A stretch of 64,000 bases of DNA, from contig SKJB01000015.1 in the NCBI GenBank assembly GCA_007116145.1, positions 22,101 through 86,100 of the forward strand, in the 5' to 3' direction. The notes below the pieces were generated by a model, which was not told the origin of the DNA, made no database searches, and saw only the letters and a program-made list of their open reading frames with translations. Positions within the stretch are counted from its first letter, which is position 1, and each line of letters starts with the position of its first letter. Source of the stretch: Limnochordia bacterium. GTDB lineage: Bacteria; Bacillota; Limnochordia; Darwinibacteriales; DTU012. Below, piece by piece: positions 39,551 through 49,066 of this stretch. The position numbers and the translations under genes are program-made.

Positions 39551-40024
39551 ATGGGTTTCATGAAAGGTGGGAGAAACATAAACACTGTTTTTTTAGCAAT
39601 TCAGGAGAACACTGTACTTGTAACTGCACTTATCGCATGGGCAATTGCCCAGGTTAGTAAAACGATAATTTCAGCTTTTGAAGAAAGGCGCATTAATTTT
39701 CGCCGTTTAGTCGACTCAGGGGGAATGCCAAGCGCCCATTCGGCTTTTGTCACTTCTTTAGCAACAGCAATCGGCATTATAGATGGGTGGGCTTCCACTA
39801 CATTTGCCTTAGCAACAGCATTTGCCTTGATAGTGATGTATGATGCTGCAGGTGTACGCCAAGCAGCTGGTCGCCAAGCTAGGGTGTTAAATCGGATCGT
39901 TGTTGATTTGAACAAGAACGATTTTCACCCTGAGCGGTTAAAGGAGTTAGTAGGGCACACTCCAGTTGAAGTCTTGATTGGTGCTATTGTCGGTATTTCC
40001 TTAGCTTTTTGGCGATTAGGATAA
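39551..40024 (+). CDS. Divergent PAP2 / DUF212 (YuiD-like) membrane protein
   Basis: GGMPSAHSAFVTSLATAIG...MYDAAGVRQAAG...KELVGHTPVEV matches the acid phosphatase/vanadium-haloperoxidase-related YuiD family. The start codon is uncertain. Confidence 0.85.
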   Translation: MGFMKGGRNINTVFLAIQENTVLVTALIAWAIAQVSKTIISAFEERRINFRRLVDSGGMPSAHSAFVTSLATAIGIIDGWASTTFALATAFALIVMYDAAGVRQAAGRQARVLNRIVVDLNKNDFHPERLKELVGHTPVEVLIGAIVGISLAFWRLG

Positions 40025-40064
40025 GAAAAGACCAGGAGCAATACAGTCCCGGTCTTTTCTTATC
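40025..40064. terminator. Bidirectional terminator between the YuiD-like gene (+) and the lipoprotein gene (-)
   Basis: GAAAAGACC(a)GGA ... TCC(c)GGTCTTTTC hairpin with T-rich tails on both strands. Confidence 0.75.
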
Positions 40065-40065
40065 C

Positions 40066-41052
40066 TTAGTTTAGATAAACTTTAATTATCTGCGAACGAT
40101 ATCCATTAATGCCCACTGTGTTTTTGGCAGACACACAGTAGCTTACTCCATTATACATTGGATTGTTTGCAAGATACTCACTTAGGTCATGGTTGAAGAA
40201 TAGGGTATGTGCATCCAAAACCTCAATGAGCTCAAAAGGAGAAAAGGGATTTGGTTGCCAATAGACGTTGTAACTCATTAGATTTGCTGTCGGTGATGGA
40301 TCCCACACTAACTCGACCTGCGTGCCATTAACCGTAACAGCAAGGTTCTGGGGTGGGTTCGGTATCACATGGATATCTGCATTTATGCTTAGTTGTTCCA
40401 TGTAGGGCGTCCAAATTAGAGTTAATTCACTTAAGGGGTATACATCGACAATCTTCCATATTCCAGCATCAATACGATTACCCGCATGAAACGATGAGGT
40501 AAATAATTCTACTTTAAAGTTGTAACTACCAGGAGGAAGTGAAAAGCTGCCCTGGAGTGGTTCTGTAGCATCATCTCTTGAAAGCTCTTTAACATCATTG
40601 TTAAAGTGGACACGCACCCGTAGCACTTCTGTAGTTTGCGGATAATCTGTTAAATCAATACTGACGTTCACCATACCATCAGCCGGTCGAAGCTGAAACT
40701 CTAGTGTTCTGGGAATGTCAGGAAAAATGGTTATATTCGTAATTGTGTCCTGGTAGTGGGCTACTCCTTGTTCATCTAGTAGTGCCATCGAAATATCCCA
40801 TGTCCCTACAGGAATCTTGATAGTGGCCGATAGGCTATCACCGTTGAACGAGGTGGTTTCTAATAGTGAGTGATTGCCGCGCTTGAAATAAATGTGAGCG
40901 GTCCAAAGCTCCGTGCTTGCGAGACTCATTGTGTTTGCATTAATGGTGATTTCTCCATATGTGTTTGGTGTCACCACCCCAGAGGATGTAGTGCAACCAA
41001 CAAAGATGGAACCAAGCATTAGAAACAGTACTAGTATTTTTTTGGTTGACAT
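40066..41052 (-). CDS. Lipoprotein with beta-sandwich repeats and a C-terminal fibronectin type III domain
   Basis: Signal peptide with lipobox (LMLGSIFVGC), preceded by a GGAGG SD. Two internal P.G.Y/W beta-sandwich-like repeats. The C-terminal PQNLAVTVNGTQVELVWDPSP...YNVYW is Fn3-like. Confidence 0.7.
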   Translation of the reverse strand: MSTKKILVLFLMLGSIFVGCTTSSGVVTPNTYGEITINANTMSLASTELWTAHIYFKRGNHSLLETTSFNGDSLSATIKIPVGTWDISMALLDEQGVAHYQDTITNITIFPDIPRTLEFQLRPADGMVNVSIDLTDYPQTTEVLRVRVHFNNDVKELSRDDATEPLQGSFSLPPGSYNFKVELFTSSFHAGNRIDAGIWKIVDVYPLSELTLIWTPYMEQLSINADIHVIPNPPQNLAVTVNGTQVELVWDPSPTANLMSYNVYWQPNPFSPFELIEVLDAHTLFFNHDLSEYLANNPMYNGVSYCVSAKNTVGINGYRSQIIKVYLN

Positions 41053-41172
41053 GGAAAAGCCTCCTTGTTTTCCCTTGGGGCTTATGCTTAAATTATAACA
41101 CAACTCAGAATAATTTAAAAGATTTAAATTGTAAAGAACTAAAAGAAATTTAAGAAAGCTAGGTGAAACAGA

Positions 41173-42408
41173 ATGCGAGCAGAATTAGTAATGATTGGTA
41201 CAGAACTATTATTAGGAGAAACGGTAGATACTAACGCAAGCTACTTAGCCCAGGGGTTAGCAGAAATAGGAATTGATGTATTTTACAAAACGACTGTAGG
41301 AGATAATTGGCTACGTATGACTGAGATTCTATCTCAGGCGTTAAGCCGTGCTGATGTCGTTATCACCAGTGGTGGGTTAGGACCGACCATGGACGATTTA
41401 ACGCGAGAATGCGTTGCTAGTATCCTTAATTACCCCTTAGCCCTTGATACAGAGGCGTTAGAGACTATGCGACAATACTTTCATACGATTGGACGAACCA
41501 TGAGTCAAAATAATAGGAAACAGGCATATTTGCCGCAAGGTGCAGTAGCAATTCCAAATCGCTGGGGTACGGCACCAGGCTTGATTGCTAAGGTGTCAGG
41601 GCGAACTATTTTTTGCCTGCCAGGAGTACCCCGTGAACTAAAAGGGATGTTTCGTGAAACAGTACTACCCTATTTAGCGCATCTGGCAAATGAGAGTCGC
41701 TTAGTATCCAAAACATTACACTTTATTGGCATAGGCGAATCGCAATTAGAGGAACTGATTAAGCCCATTTTGCTGACGCAATCTAACCCGACAATTGCTC
41801 CATACGCATCTTATGGTGAGGTGAAATTACGCATTAGTGCTAAAGCTCAGTCAAACGCAGAGGCATTAGCTCTTATTAAACCAATAGAACAACAAATCTG
41901 TGCTATTGCAGGTAAGTGGTTGTATGGAGTGGATTCAGATACAATAGAGGGCAATATCGCAAATGCATTAATGGAGAGAACTCAAACACTAGCTACAGCG
42001 GAGTCTTGTACGGGTGGTCTCATTAGTCATAGATTAACAAATATTCCTGGAAGTTCTACTTTTTTTGAGCGTGGGTTTATTACCTATAGTAATAAAGCCA
42101 AAATGGAACTGCTTAATGTGTCTGAGCAGCTTTTACAAATCCATGGTGCTGTAAGTAGCGAAGTAGCAGTTGCAATGGCTGAAGGTGCTCGAAAAAATGC
42201 TAATACCCATTGGGGTTTATCAGTAACTGGGATAGCAGGACCTGGTGGTGGTACAGTAGAAAAACCAGTAGGCTTAGTGCACATGGCAGTTGTTGGATTG
42301 GATTATACTAAGGCTGAGGTTTATCGCTTTCAGGGAACTAGGGAAGAAATAAAATACCGGGTATCGCAAGTGGCCCTCAACCTTCTACGCCTTTGCATAA
42401 AAGAGTAA
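41173..42408 (+). CDS. cinA: Competence/damage-inducible protein CinA (MoCF-binding domain plus PncC NMN deamidase domain)
   Basis: AELVMIGTELLLGETVDTNASYL N-terminus. C-terminal CinA domain with TAESCTGGL and GIAGPGGG. Confidence 0.93.
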   Translation: MRAELVMIGTELLLGETVDTNASYLAQGLAEIGIDVFYKTTVGDNWLRMTEILSQALSRADVVITSGGLGPTMDDLTRECVASILNYPLALDTEALETMRQYFHTIGRTMSQNNRKQAYLPQGAVAIPNRWGTAPGLIAKVSGRTIFCLPGVPRELKGMFRETVLPYLAHLANESRLVSKTLHFIGIGESQLEELIKPILLTQSNPTIAPYASYGEVKLRISAKAQSNAEALALIKPIEQQICAIAGKWLYGVDSDTIEGNIANALMERTQTLATAESCTGGLISHRLTNIPGSSTFFERGFITYSNKAKMELLNVSEQLLQIHGAVSSEVAVAMAEGARKNANTHWGLSVTGIAGPGGGTVEKPVGLVHMAVVGLDYTKAEVYRFQGTREEIKYRVSQVALNLLRLCIKE

Positions 42409-42430
42409 TTTTTCTAGGGAGGAACGTTTT

Positions 42431-43882
42431 GTGAAGAAGCTAGGTGTATTTCAAAACCGTAGAAAATATGTGCTACCAATCGTAACGGCTCTTTTGGCTG
42501 CCGTTGTAACTGTTAACCTACTAGCAGTTATTACTTATGATGTTAGTGCCTTACAAGTGAAGTTAGGCGCTAACTTTGGCACACCAGGATACACGCGCAT
42601 TATCATTGCACCTATTGGTAACATCACAGCTAGAACACACCTAGCACCACTTCAGTTTACGGTATCTCTGCAAAATATCGATCTAGATATTCTTCGTAAT
42701 ATTATGACGGCGTCTGAGTTGGATGTTGGTGAAGTGTTAGTCGAGGATGTTCGCCTCCAGGCTCATCGTGTGGTGGTGCTTTTTGCTCTTAAAATACTAC
42801 TAATAGCTGGTTTAGGTGGCGTTTTTGGTATGTTTGTATTAGGAATTCGCTCATCTGCTGCGCTGGCTAAAGGATTTTTAATCGGATTTTTTCTTGGTGC
42901 ATCACTGTTAGGACTTACGCTTGCAACCTATGATATAAATGCTTTTGAACGCCCTCAATACCGTGGTATTGTTGAAGCAGCCCCCTGGATGATCGGTCTT
43001 ATGCAAGAAAGTCTCGTGCGGGTGGAGGAGTTAGGCGAACAGATTCAAATATTAGCAAGTAATCTCTACTTCGCTTTTCAACGAATTGATGAACTAAAAA
43101 CCATTGGGCTTCTCGAAGCAAAACTGACCGTTTTGCACGTGTCAGATATTCACAATAACCCTGTTGCTTACAATTTTGCCAGACAGATCTTGGAGAGTTT
43201 CCCCGTAGATTTTGTCATCGATACCGGGGACTTAACCGACTGGGGAACACCGCTCGAAGCCGAAATTGTTAATCGCATTCAGAATCTAAATGTACTTTAT
43301 GTATTTACCTCAGGGAATCATGATGCACCCGATGTTTTAGAGCGACTCAGGCAGACGAAAAATGTTGTATTAATCGATAACGGCGAAAAAGAAGTTCACG
43401 GTCTGCGGATTGCAGGTATTGGTGATGCAGCAGCGCTGAGTTATTCGCCAGAGTCAGCCCCGATCAATAAACTTGCCGATACCGCTCGGTGGATTAACGA
43501 GCAATACCAAGAAAAGGAATCGCCACCACATATTTTTGGTGTGCATAACCATCGCATTGCAAGTGCCATTGAACCAGGAATATTTCCCGTTGTATTGTAT
43601 GGCCATAATCATATCCAATCAATTTTACAAAGAGATTCTTCTGTCTACATTAATGCAGGTACGACGGGCGCAGCTGGAATCCGAGGATTACAGAGCAGAG
43701 ATTCAATTCCGTTTAGTTTAGCCTTGCTCTATTTCGCCTTCAATAATGAAACCGCTGATTATCAACTAATCGCTGTTGATGGGATTGAAGTTCAGGGATT
43801 AGAGGCAAGTATTTCACTCAATCGCATATTCATCACTCCAACAGGAAGGAATCTGCTTGAGGATGTCGAATTATCAGATTAG
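42431..43882 (+). CDS. Membrane-anchored calcineurin-like metallophosphoesterase
   Basis: The N-terminal ~230 aa contain several TM segments. Phosphoesterase motifs follow: VSDIHNN, DTGDLTDWG, GNHD and GHNH. Confidence 0.8.
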   Translation: MKKLGVFQNRRKYVLPIVTALLAAVVTVNLLAVITYDVSALQVKLGANFGTPGYTRIIIAPIGNITARTHLAPLQFTVSLQNIDLDILRNIMTASELDVGEVLVEDVRLQAHRVVVLFALKILLIAGLGGVFGMFVLGIRSSAALAKGFLIGFFLGASLLGLTLATYDINAFERPQYRGIVEAAPWMIGLMQESLVRVEELGEQIQILASNLYFAFQRIDELKTIGLLEAKLTVLHVSDIHNNPVAYNFARQILESFPVDFVIDTGDLTDWGTPLEAEIVNRIQNLNVLYVFTSGNHDAPDVLERLRQTKNVVLIDNGEKEVHGLRIAGIGDAAALSYSPESAPINKLADTARWINEQYQEKESPPHIFGVHNHRIASAIEPGIFPVVLYGHNHIQSILQRDSSVYINAGTTGAAGIRGLQSRDSIPFSLALLYFAFNNETADYQLIAVDGIEVQGLEASISLNRIFITPTGRNLLEDVELSD

Positions 43883-44004
43883 GTCTTTGACTAATACATG
43901 TTACTTGTAAAGCTTTGGGGAGAGATCACAAACCAGCAGCTAGGATTAGCGAGTGCTAATAGCAATGGGCTGGTTGTATTCCTCCTTTTTATTTACAGCG
44001 GAGT

Positions 44005-44018
44005 CGAACAAACGTTTT
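44005..44018 (+). promoter_or_regulatory. Candidate LexA (SOS/Cheo) box upstream of recA
   Basis: CGAACAAACGTTTT versus the Firmicute consensus CGAAC-N4-GTTCG, with mismatches at the two 3' positions. It lies 34 nt upstream of the recA start. Confidence 0.5.
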
Positions 44019-44051
44019 TTAAAAAGACTGATTTCAAAGGAGTGAAAAGCA

Positions 44052-45110
44052 TTGAATGATAAAAACCGCGCATTAGATACCGCTCTGCTACAGGTTGAAA
44101 AGCAATTCGGAAAAGGTTCTATTATGAGGTTAGGCGAAGCAGCAACAAAATTGAATATTGAAGTGATTCCTACAGGTTCTTTGACCTTAGATATTGCGTT
44201 AGGCGTAGGGGGGGTTCCTCGCGGTCGAGTCGTCGAAGTGTATGGACCAGAATCTTCAGGAAAAACCACTCTGACGTTGCACATTATCGCTGAGGCACAA
44301 AAAATGGGTGGTGTTGCAGCTATGATTGATGCGGAGCATGCCTTAGACCCAGTATATGCACGTAAACTCGGAGTAGATATTGACAATTTATTAATCTCTC
44401 AGCCTGATAATGCAGAGCAAGCACTTGAAATTGCAGAGCATCTAGTGCGCAGCGGAGCTGTGGATATAGTCGTTATCGATTCGGTTGCTGCTTTAGTTCC
44501 GCGAGCTGAAATTGAAGGTGAGATGGGAGACTCACATGTGGGTTTACAAGCTCGCTTAATGTCTCAAGCACTACGAAAACTAACTGGGGCCATTAGTAAG
44601 TCTCACTCGATCGTAATTTTTACCAATCAGTTACGAGAAAAAGTAGGGATCATGTTTGGGAATCCTGAGACCACTCCAGGGGGTCGAGCATTGAAGTTTT
44701 ACGCTTCAATCCGGCTCGACATCCGGAAAATTGAGATATTGAAACAGAATAATGAACCAGTAGGAAATCGCACACGCGTGAAGGTTTTAAAAAATAAAGT
44801 TGCTCCCCCTTTTAAAGAAGCAGAATTTGACATAATGTATGGAGAAGGGATATCCCGCGAGGGGAGCGTTTTAGATATGGCGTCCGATATTGATGTTATC
44901 AACAAGAGTGGAGCATGGTATTCGTACGGAGAAATGCGCTTAGGGCAAGGTCGTGAGAATTCCAAAGAGTTCTTAAAACAGAATCCTGAACTTACCAAGG
45001 AACTAGAAATGAAAGTGAAACAGCATTTTGGTTTGATTAAAACGGATGAAACGGAAGTAGCAGAAGCCAATGGTGAAAAAACCAATACAAAAACCAAAAC
45101 CAAAACCTAA
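44052..45110 (+). CDS. recA: Recombinase RecA
   Basis: [12 protein letters not shown], Walker [10 protein letters not shown] and the L1/L2 loop motifs. TTG start with an AAAGGAG SD. Confidence 0.98.
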   Translation: MNDKNRALDTALLQVEKQFGKGSIMRLGEAATKLNIEVIPTGSLTLDIALGVGGVPRGRVVEVYGPESSGKTTLTLHIIAEAQKMGGVAAMIDAEHALDPVYARKLGVDIDNLLISQPDNAEQALEIAEHLVRSGAVDIVVIDSVAALVPRAEIEGEMGDSHVGLQARLMSQALRKLTGAISKSHSIVIFTNQLREKVGIMFGNPETTPGGRALKFYASIRLDIRKIEILKQNNEPVGNRTRVKVLKNKVAPPFKEAEFDIMYGEGISREGSVLDMASDIDVINKSGAWYSYGEMRLGQGRENSKEFLKQNPELTKELEMKVKQHFGLIKTDETEVAEANGEKTNTKTKTKT

Positions 45111-45570
45111 GAACCCTAAAGATCGCGCAATCCGTTTACTCACAAGTAGAGAGCGTACAGTGTTCGAGTTGCGTCATCAGCTTTTACAAGAAGGATTTTT
45201 GGAGATCGAAGTGGAAGAAGTACTGCAGTGGTGTCAGGAAGTAGGCTATGTAAACGATCAACGTACAGCAAAACAATGGGTGGAACATCGTAATCGGTTT
45301 AAACCCATGGGTAGTTTTGGATTAAAGTCAGAGCTACAACGCAAAGGGCTAGCAGATGATATTATTGCCGATGTCGTTAATAGTCCTGATAATGAGTACA
45401 AACTGGCCAAAGAATTAGCCAACAAGAAACGCAATAGCCTAGCGAAACTACCAAAAGAAAAGCAATACCTAAGGGTCGGAGGATTGTTGAATAGACGTGG
45501 TTTTAGCTGGGATATAATTAATCGTGTTCTTAATGAAATGTTTACATCTTCTCTTGACACTGATCTATAA
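45070..45570 (+). CDS. recX: RecA regulator RecX
   Basis: Three-helix repeat protein ([24 protein letters not shown]...). It overlaps the recA 3' end by 41 nt, so the true start could be further downstream. Confidence 0.85.
   Translation: MVKKPIQKPKPKPKNPKDRAIRLLTSRERTVFELRHQLLQEGFLEIEVEEVLQWCQEVGYVNDQRTAKQWVEHRNRFKPMGSFGLKSELQRKGLADDIIADVVNSPDNEYKLAKELANKKRNSLAKLPKEKQYLRVGGLLNRRGFSWDIINRVLNEMFTSSLDTDL
45090..45107 (+). repeat. (AAAACC)x3 tandem hexanucleotide repeat in the recA/recX overlap
   Basis: Three perfect units at 45090-45107. They encode the TKTKT tail of RecA and the PKPKP N-terminus of RecX. Confidence 0.9.
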
Positions 45571-45645
45571 AAAGACTACAATGTAACAGAGGTTTCAACA
45601 AGGCTTATAAGAGAAGACGAGGTCAAATGTGAGCCCGATTTTGAC

Positions 45646-47235
45646 TTGGCTTGGCTTTCTTTTTCTCACATTAGGAAACAGGAGGTGAACACTATAGAAA
45701 TAGTCGTTGCAATAATAACTTACCTAGTTGTAATCGTTCTTGCAGGTGGGGTTGGATTTTTTATCCGCAAAAAGATAGCAGAAGCAAAAATCATCTCAGC
45801 TGAGGAAGAAGCTAAACGGTTAGTTGATGTAGCCCACAAAGATGGGGAAGCGAAAAAACGAGAGGTTCTTTTAGAAGCAAAGGAAGAGATTCACAAGCTT
45901 CGTAGTGATCTAGAACGAGAGAATCGTGAACGACGTTCAGAGCTTCAGCAGTCGGAAAAACGCATAACCCAGAAAGAAGAAAGTCTCGACCGTAAGAGTG
46001 AATCTTTAGAACGTAAAGAAGAATCTTTATATGGAAAGCTAAAAGAAATAGAACAAGCTAAAGTTGAGATAGTAACTGTTTTGGATAAGCAACGTGGTGA
46101 ATTAGAACGTCTTTCAGGGTTAACAGTTGATGAAGCAAAAGCGCTTATTTTGCGGCAAGTAGAAGATGAAGTAAAACATGAATCAGCTATCATGATTAAA
46201 GATATCGAAAATCAGGCCAAAGAAGAAGCGGAGAAGAGAGCTCGCAACATTGTATCTCTAGCTATTCAACGCACAGCTGCAGATCATGTTGCTGAGACTA
46301 CAGTATCAGTGGTAAATTTACCAAACGATGAGATGAAGGGTCGCATTATTGGCCGTGAGGGTCGTAACATTCGAGCACTCGAAACACTAACTGGAATTGA
46401 TCTAATTATCGATGATACTCCAGAAGCAGTGATTTTATCTGGCTTTGATCCAATCCGCAGAGAAATTGCACGGATTGCTTTGGAAAAACTAATTTCAGAT
46501 GGACGAATTCATCCTGCTCGTATTGAGGAAATGGTTGAAAAAGCTCGCAAAGAAGTCGATACCATCATTCGTGACGAGGGTGAACAAGCAACGTTTGAAA
46601 CGAATGTCCACGGTTTACACCCCGAAATCATTAAATTATTAGGGCGATTGCGTTTTAGAACGAGTTATGGGCAAAATGTACTCAAGCACTCTATCGAGGT
46701 AGCCCATTTGGCGGGGATTATGGCATCAGAATTAGGTTCTGATCCAAGATTAGCCCGACGAGCTGGACTACTTCATGATATTGGGAAAGCTATCGACCAT
46801 GAGGTTGAGGGTACGCATATTGAAATTGGAATGGATCTACTCAAAAAGTACAAAGAAAGCCCCGATGTGATCCATGCCATGTCATGTCATCACGGAGATT
46901 ACGAAGCTGAGAGCGTTGAGGCCGTACTAATAGCTGCTGCTGACGCAGTGTCGGCTGCTCGTCCCGGAGCCCGGCGCGAGACATTGGAAACCTATATTAA
47001 GCGTCTTCAAAAATTAGAGGAAATTGCCAATGCTTTTGACGGTGTTGAAAAATCTTTTGCTATTCAGGCTGGCCGTGAAGTACGTATCATGGTAAAACCT
47101 GATGTGGTAAATGATGTAACTTCGTTTAAGCTCGCACGCGATATCGTTAAGAGAATTGAGTCAGAATTAGAATATCCAGGGCAAATCAAAGTTACTGTAA
47201 TTCGTGAAACTCGTGCAGTTGAGTATGCAAAGTAA
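45646..47235 (+). CDS. rny: Ribonuclease Y
   Basis: N-terminal TM segment, coiled coil, KH domain ([15 protein letters not shown]) and HD domain ([13 protein letters not shown]...LLHDIGKA). The start codon is uncertain (TTG 45646 or GTG 45685). Confidence 0.95.
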   Translation: MAWLSFSHIRKQEVNTIEIVVAIITYLVVIVLAGGVGFFIRKKIAEAKIISAEEEAKRLVDVAHKDGEAKKREVLLEAKEEIHKLRSDLERENRERRSELQQSEKRITQKEESLDRKSESLERKEESLYGKLKEIEQAKVEIVTVLDKQRGELERLSGLTVDEAKALILRQVEDEVKHESAIMIKDIENQAKEEAEKRARNIVSLAIQRTAADHVAETTVSVVNLPNDEMKGRIIGREGRNIRALETLTGIDLIIDDTPEAVILSGFDPIRREIARIALEKLISDGRIHPARIEEMVEKARKEVDTIIRDEGEQATFETNVHGLHPEIIKLLGRLRFRTSYGQNVLKHSIEVAHLAGIMASELGSDPRLARRAGLLHDIGKAIDHEVEGTHIEIGMDLLKKYKESPDVIHAMSCHHGDYEAESVEAVLIAAADAVSAARPGARRETLETYIKRLQKLEEIANAFDGVEKSFAIQAGREVRIMVKPDVVNDVTSFKLARDIVKRIESELEYPGQIKVTVIRETRAVEYAK

Positions 47236-47237
47236 TG

Positions 47238-47265
47238 AAGCCGGGCAATTTTGCCTGGCTTTTTT
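47238..47265 (+). terminator. Rho-independent terminator after rny
   Basis: AAGCCGGGCAA / TTGCCTGGCTT stem followed by a T-run. Confidence 0.8.
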
Positions 47266-47297
47266 AAGACTTTTCGCATCCGGAAGAAAGCAGAGGG

Positions 47298-47840
47298 TTG
47301 AAACAATATATGGCAGGTTATAACAGTGAATCACAGCACGTAGATTTATTAATTTCATTATTGCTGCATTTTCCGCAGATTGGGTCATTACACTATAATC
47401 CTGACGAAAACAAGCTGAAACTGCTGTTCTTATTTAGGGACGTGCAAAATGAACAACTAATGGCTTTACAAGCTCACTATAAAAATCATCTTGACACATT
47501 AAAAGTTATCATGTGTCAGGAATTTACCTGTTGCAACATAGTAATTTGCAATTATCCAGATTTAAACAGTTTAAGTATTGAGCGAGATCTCCTATCCTTT
47601 TCGTACGAAGAATTAGTTATTACAATTGAACTGATTACTGAAGCATTTCAAAAGGAGATAGTCATGGAGGATGCACAGGAATCACACACTGAATATGGGA
47701 GTTCAACGGATCTATATCAATTGCTAGAATCAGCTAGGTATGAACAAGGTCATACTATACTTGTGGGCTTTCGTACGAAGGGTCGTGTCTTGGTATATCG
47801 TGATACTGTGGAGCAGAAAATAAATGTATCAAATAGTTAG
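47298..47840 (+). CDS. Hypothetical protein (no family recognised)
   Basis: 180-aa ORF with no TM segment, filling the rny-ymdB gap and ending 11 nt before ymdB. Coding status is inferred only from length and position. Confidence 0.45.
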   Translation: MKQYMAGYNSESQHVDLLISLLLHFPQIGSLHYNPDENKLKLLFLFRDVQNEQLMALQAHYKNHLDTLKVIMCQEFTCCNIVICNYPDLNSLSIERDLLSFSYEELVITIELITEAFQKEIVMEDAQESHTEYGSSTDLYQLLESARYEQGHTILVGFRTKGRVLVYRDTVEQKINVSNS

Positions 47841-47851
47841 GAGAATGTTGA

Positions 47852-48634
47852 TTGCGTATTTTAATGCTTGGAGATATATTTGGCCGACCAGGTCGTGAAA
47901 TTGTGCAAGATGTTTTACCCCAGATGGACATTCAGTATAACCCTGATGTTATAATCGCCAATGGCGAAAATGCTGCAGGCGGCTTTGGTCTAACCAAACA
48001 AGTTGCTGCCGAATTATTTAAAATGGGAGTCCATGTAATAACCAGTGGCAATCATATTTGGGATAAGAAAGAAATATATGCCTACTTAGATGAAGAGCCT
48101 CGAATACTTCGTCCTGCTAATTACCCTCCGGAAGTTCCCGGGAACTACTTATATTACGTAAAAGTGCGAGATCAAGAATTAGCCATAATAAATCTGATTG
48201 GTCGTGTATTTATGGGAGAGTATGATTGTCCCTTTCGCACACTTAACGATATATTAGATGAAGTTCGAACTCGGACCACGAATATTGTAGTCGATTTTCA
48301 TGCCGAAGCTACATCGGAAAAACAGGCGTTGGCTTGGTATGCTGCCGGAAGGGTTAGTGGAGTAGTAGGAACGCACACCCATGTGCCCACGTCTGATCAG
48401 CGGATTTTACCTGGTGGGACAGCATTTACTACAGACTTAGGAATGTGTGGCCCCTTAAATGGAATCCTCGGTGTAGAGCGAGATCCAGTGATCACTAAAT
48501 TTCTGAATCAGTTGCCAACTCGCTTTAGTGTAGCGAAAGGGCCAACGCAATTTTGTGGTGTCATTTTTGATATTGATAAGAGTGGTAAAGCGCAAAAAAT
48601 ATTTCGAATTTACCACGAGAAAAATATTATGTAA
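47852..48634 (+). CDS. ymdB: 2',3'-cyclic-nucleotide 2'-phosphodiesterase YmdB (TIGR00282-type metallophosphoesterase)
   Basis: MRILMLGDIFGRPGR, ANGENAAGGFG, TSGNHIWD and DFHAEATSEK. Confidence 0.92.
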   Translation: MRILMLGDIFGRPGREIVQDVLPQMDIQYNPDVIIANGENAAGGFGLTKQVAAELFKMGVHVITSGNHIWDKKEIYAYLDEEPRILRPANYPPEVPGNYLYYVKVRDQELAIINLIGRVFMGEYDCPFRTLNDILDEVRTRTTNIVVDFHAEATSEKQALAWYAAGRVSGVVGTHTHVPTSDQRILPGGTAFTTDLGMCGPLNGILGVERDPVITKFLNQLPTRFSVAKGPTQFCGVIFDIDKSGKAQKIFRIYHEKNIM

Positions 48635-48726
48635 AAAAAAGGAATTTTAATAACCATGGACTAATATATATAAAAAAGCAGTAATAAAAGAACTAATAGA
48701 AATGCTAAGGGGAGGTCACTACTAAC

Positions 48727-48987
48727 ATGGAAGTATTAAAAGTTTCTGCAAAATCTAGTCCTAATTCGGTAGCAGGTGCGTTGGCAGGGGTATTACGAGA
48801 ACGTGGTAGAGCCGAGATTCAAGCAATCGGAGCTGGTGCCATTAATCAATCAGTGAAAGCTGTGGCTATTGCTCGTGGGTTTGTGGCTCCAAGTGGAGTG
48901 GATCTTGTTTGTATTCCAGCATTTACAGACATTATGATTGACGGTGAAGAACGAACAGCGATAAAGTTTATTATAGAACCTCGTTAA
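48727..48987 (+). CDS. spoVS: Stage V sporulation protein S
   Basis: 86 aa. MEVLKVSAKSSPNSVAGALAGVLRERG...AIGAGAINQSVKAVAIARGF is highly characteristic of SpoVS. Confidence 0.97.
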   Translation: MEVLKVSAKSSPNSVAGALAGVLRERGRAEIQAIGAGAINQSVKAVAIARGFVAPSGVDLVCIPAFTDIMIDGEERTAIKFIIEPR

Positions 48988-49010
48988 GGCAACTGAAGTT
49001 GGCATATTTG

Positions 49011-49041
49011 GCCTGTTTCTTTACATGAACAGGCTTTTTTT
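49011..49041 (+). terminator. Rho-independent terminator after spoVS
   Basis: GCCTGTT / AACAGGC stem with a 10-nt loop, followed by seven T residues. Confidence 0.85.
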
Positions 49042-49066
49042 GTCGATCACTTTTCGTGAGGGAGAG

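Noticed and set aside
39380-39657. 171-nt intergenic region and a 60-aa ORF (39475-39657) considered as a riboswitch or small gene upstream of the YuiD-like gene
   Set aside because: I could not match any riboswitch consensus (fluoride, Mn, SAM, preQ1) or draw a convincing conserved fold. The 60-aa ORF overlaps the YuiD-like gene out of frame and has no SD.
49025-49066. Upstream starts of the ORF-track models for the dipeptidase (49025), lysA (55806), malic enzyme (36234), mraY (6573), atpE (30885) and nrdR (15695)
   Set aside because: These extensions run through terminator hairpins or into upstream genes. Downstream starts with proper SD sequences give N-termini that match the families.
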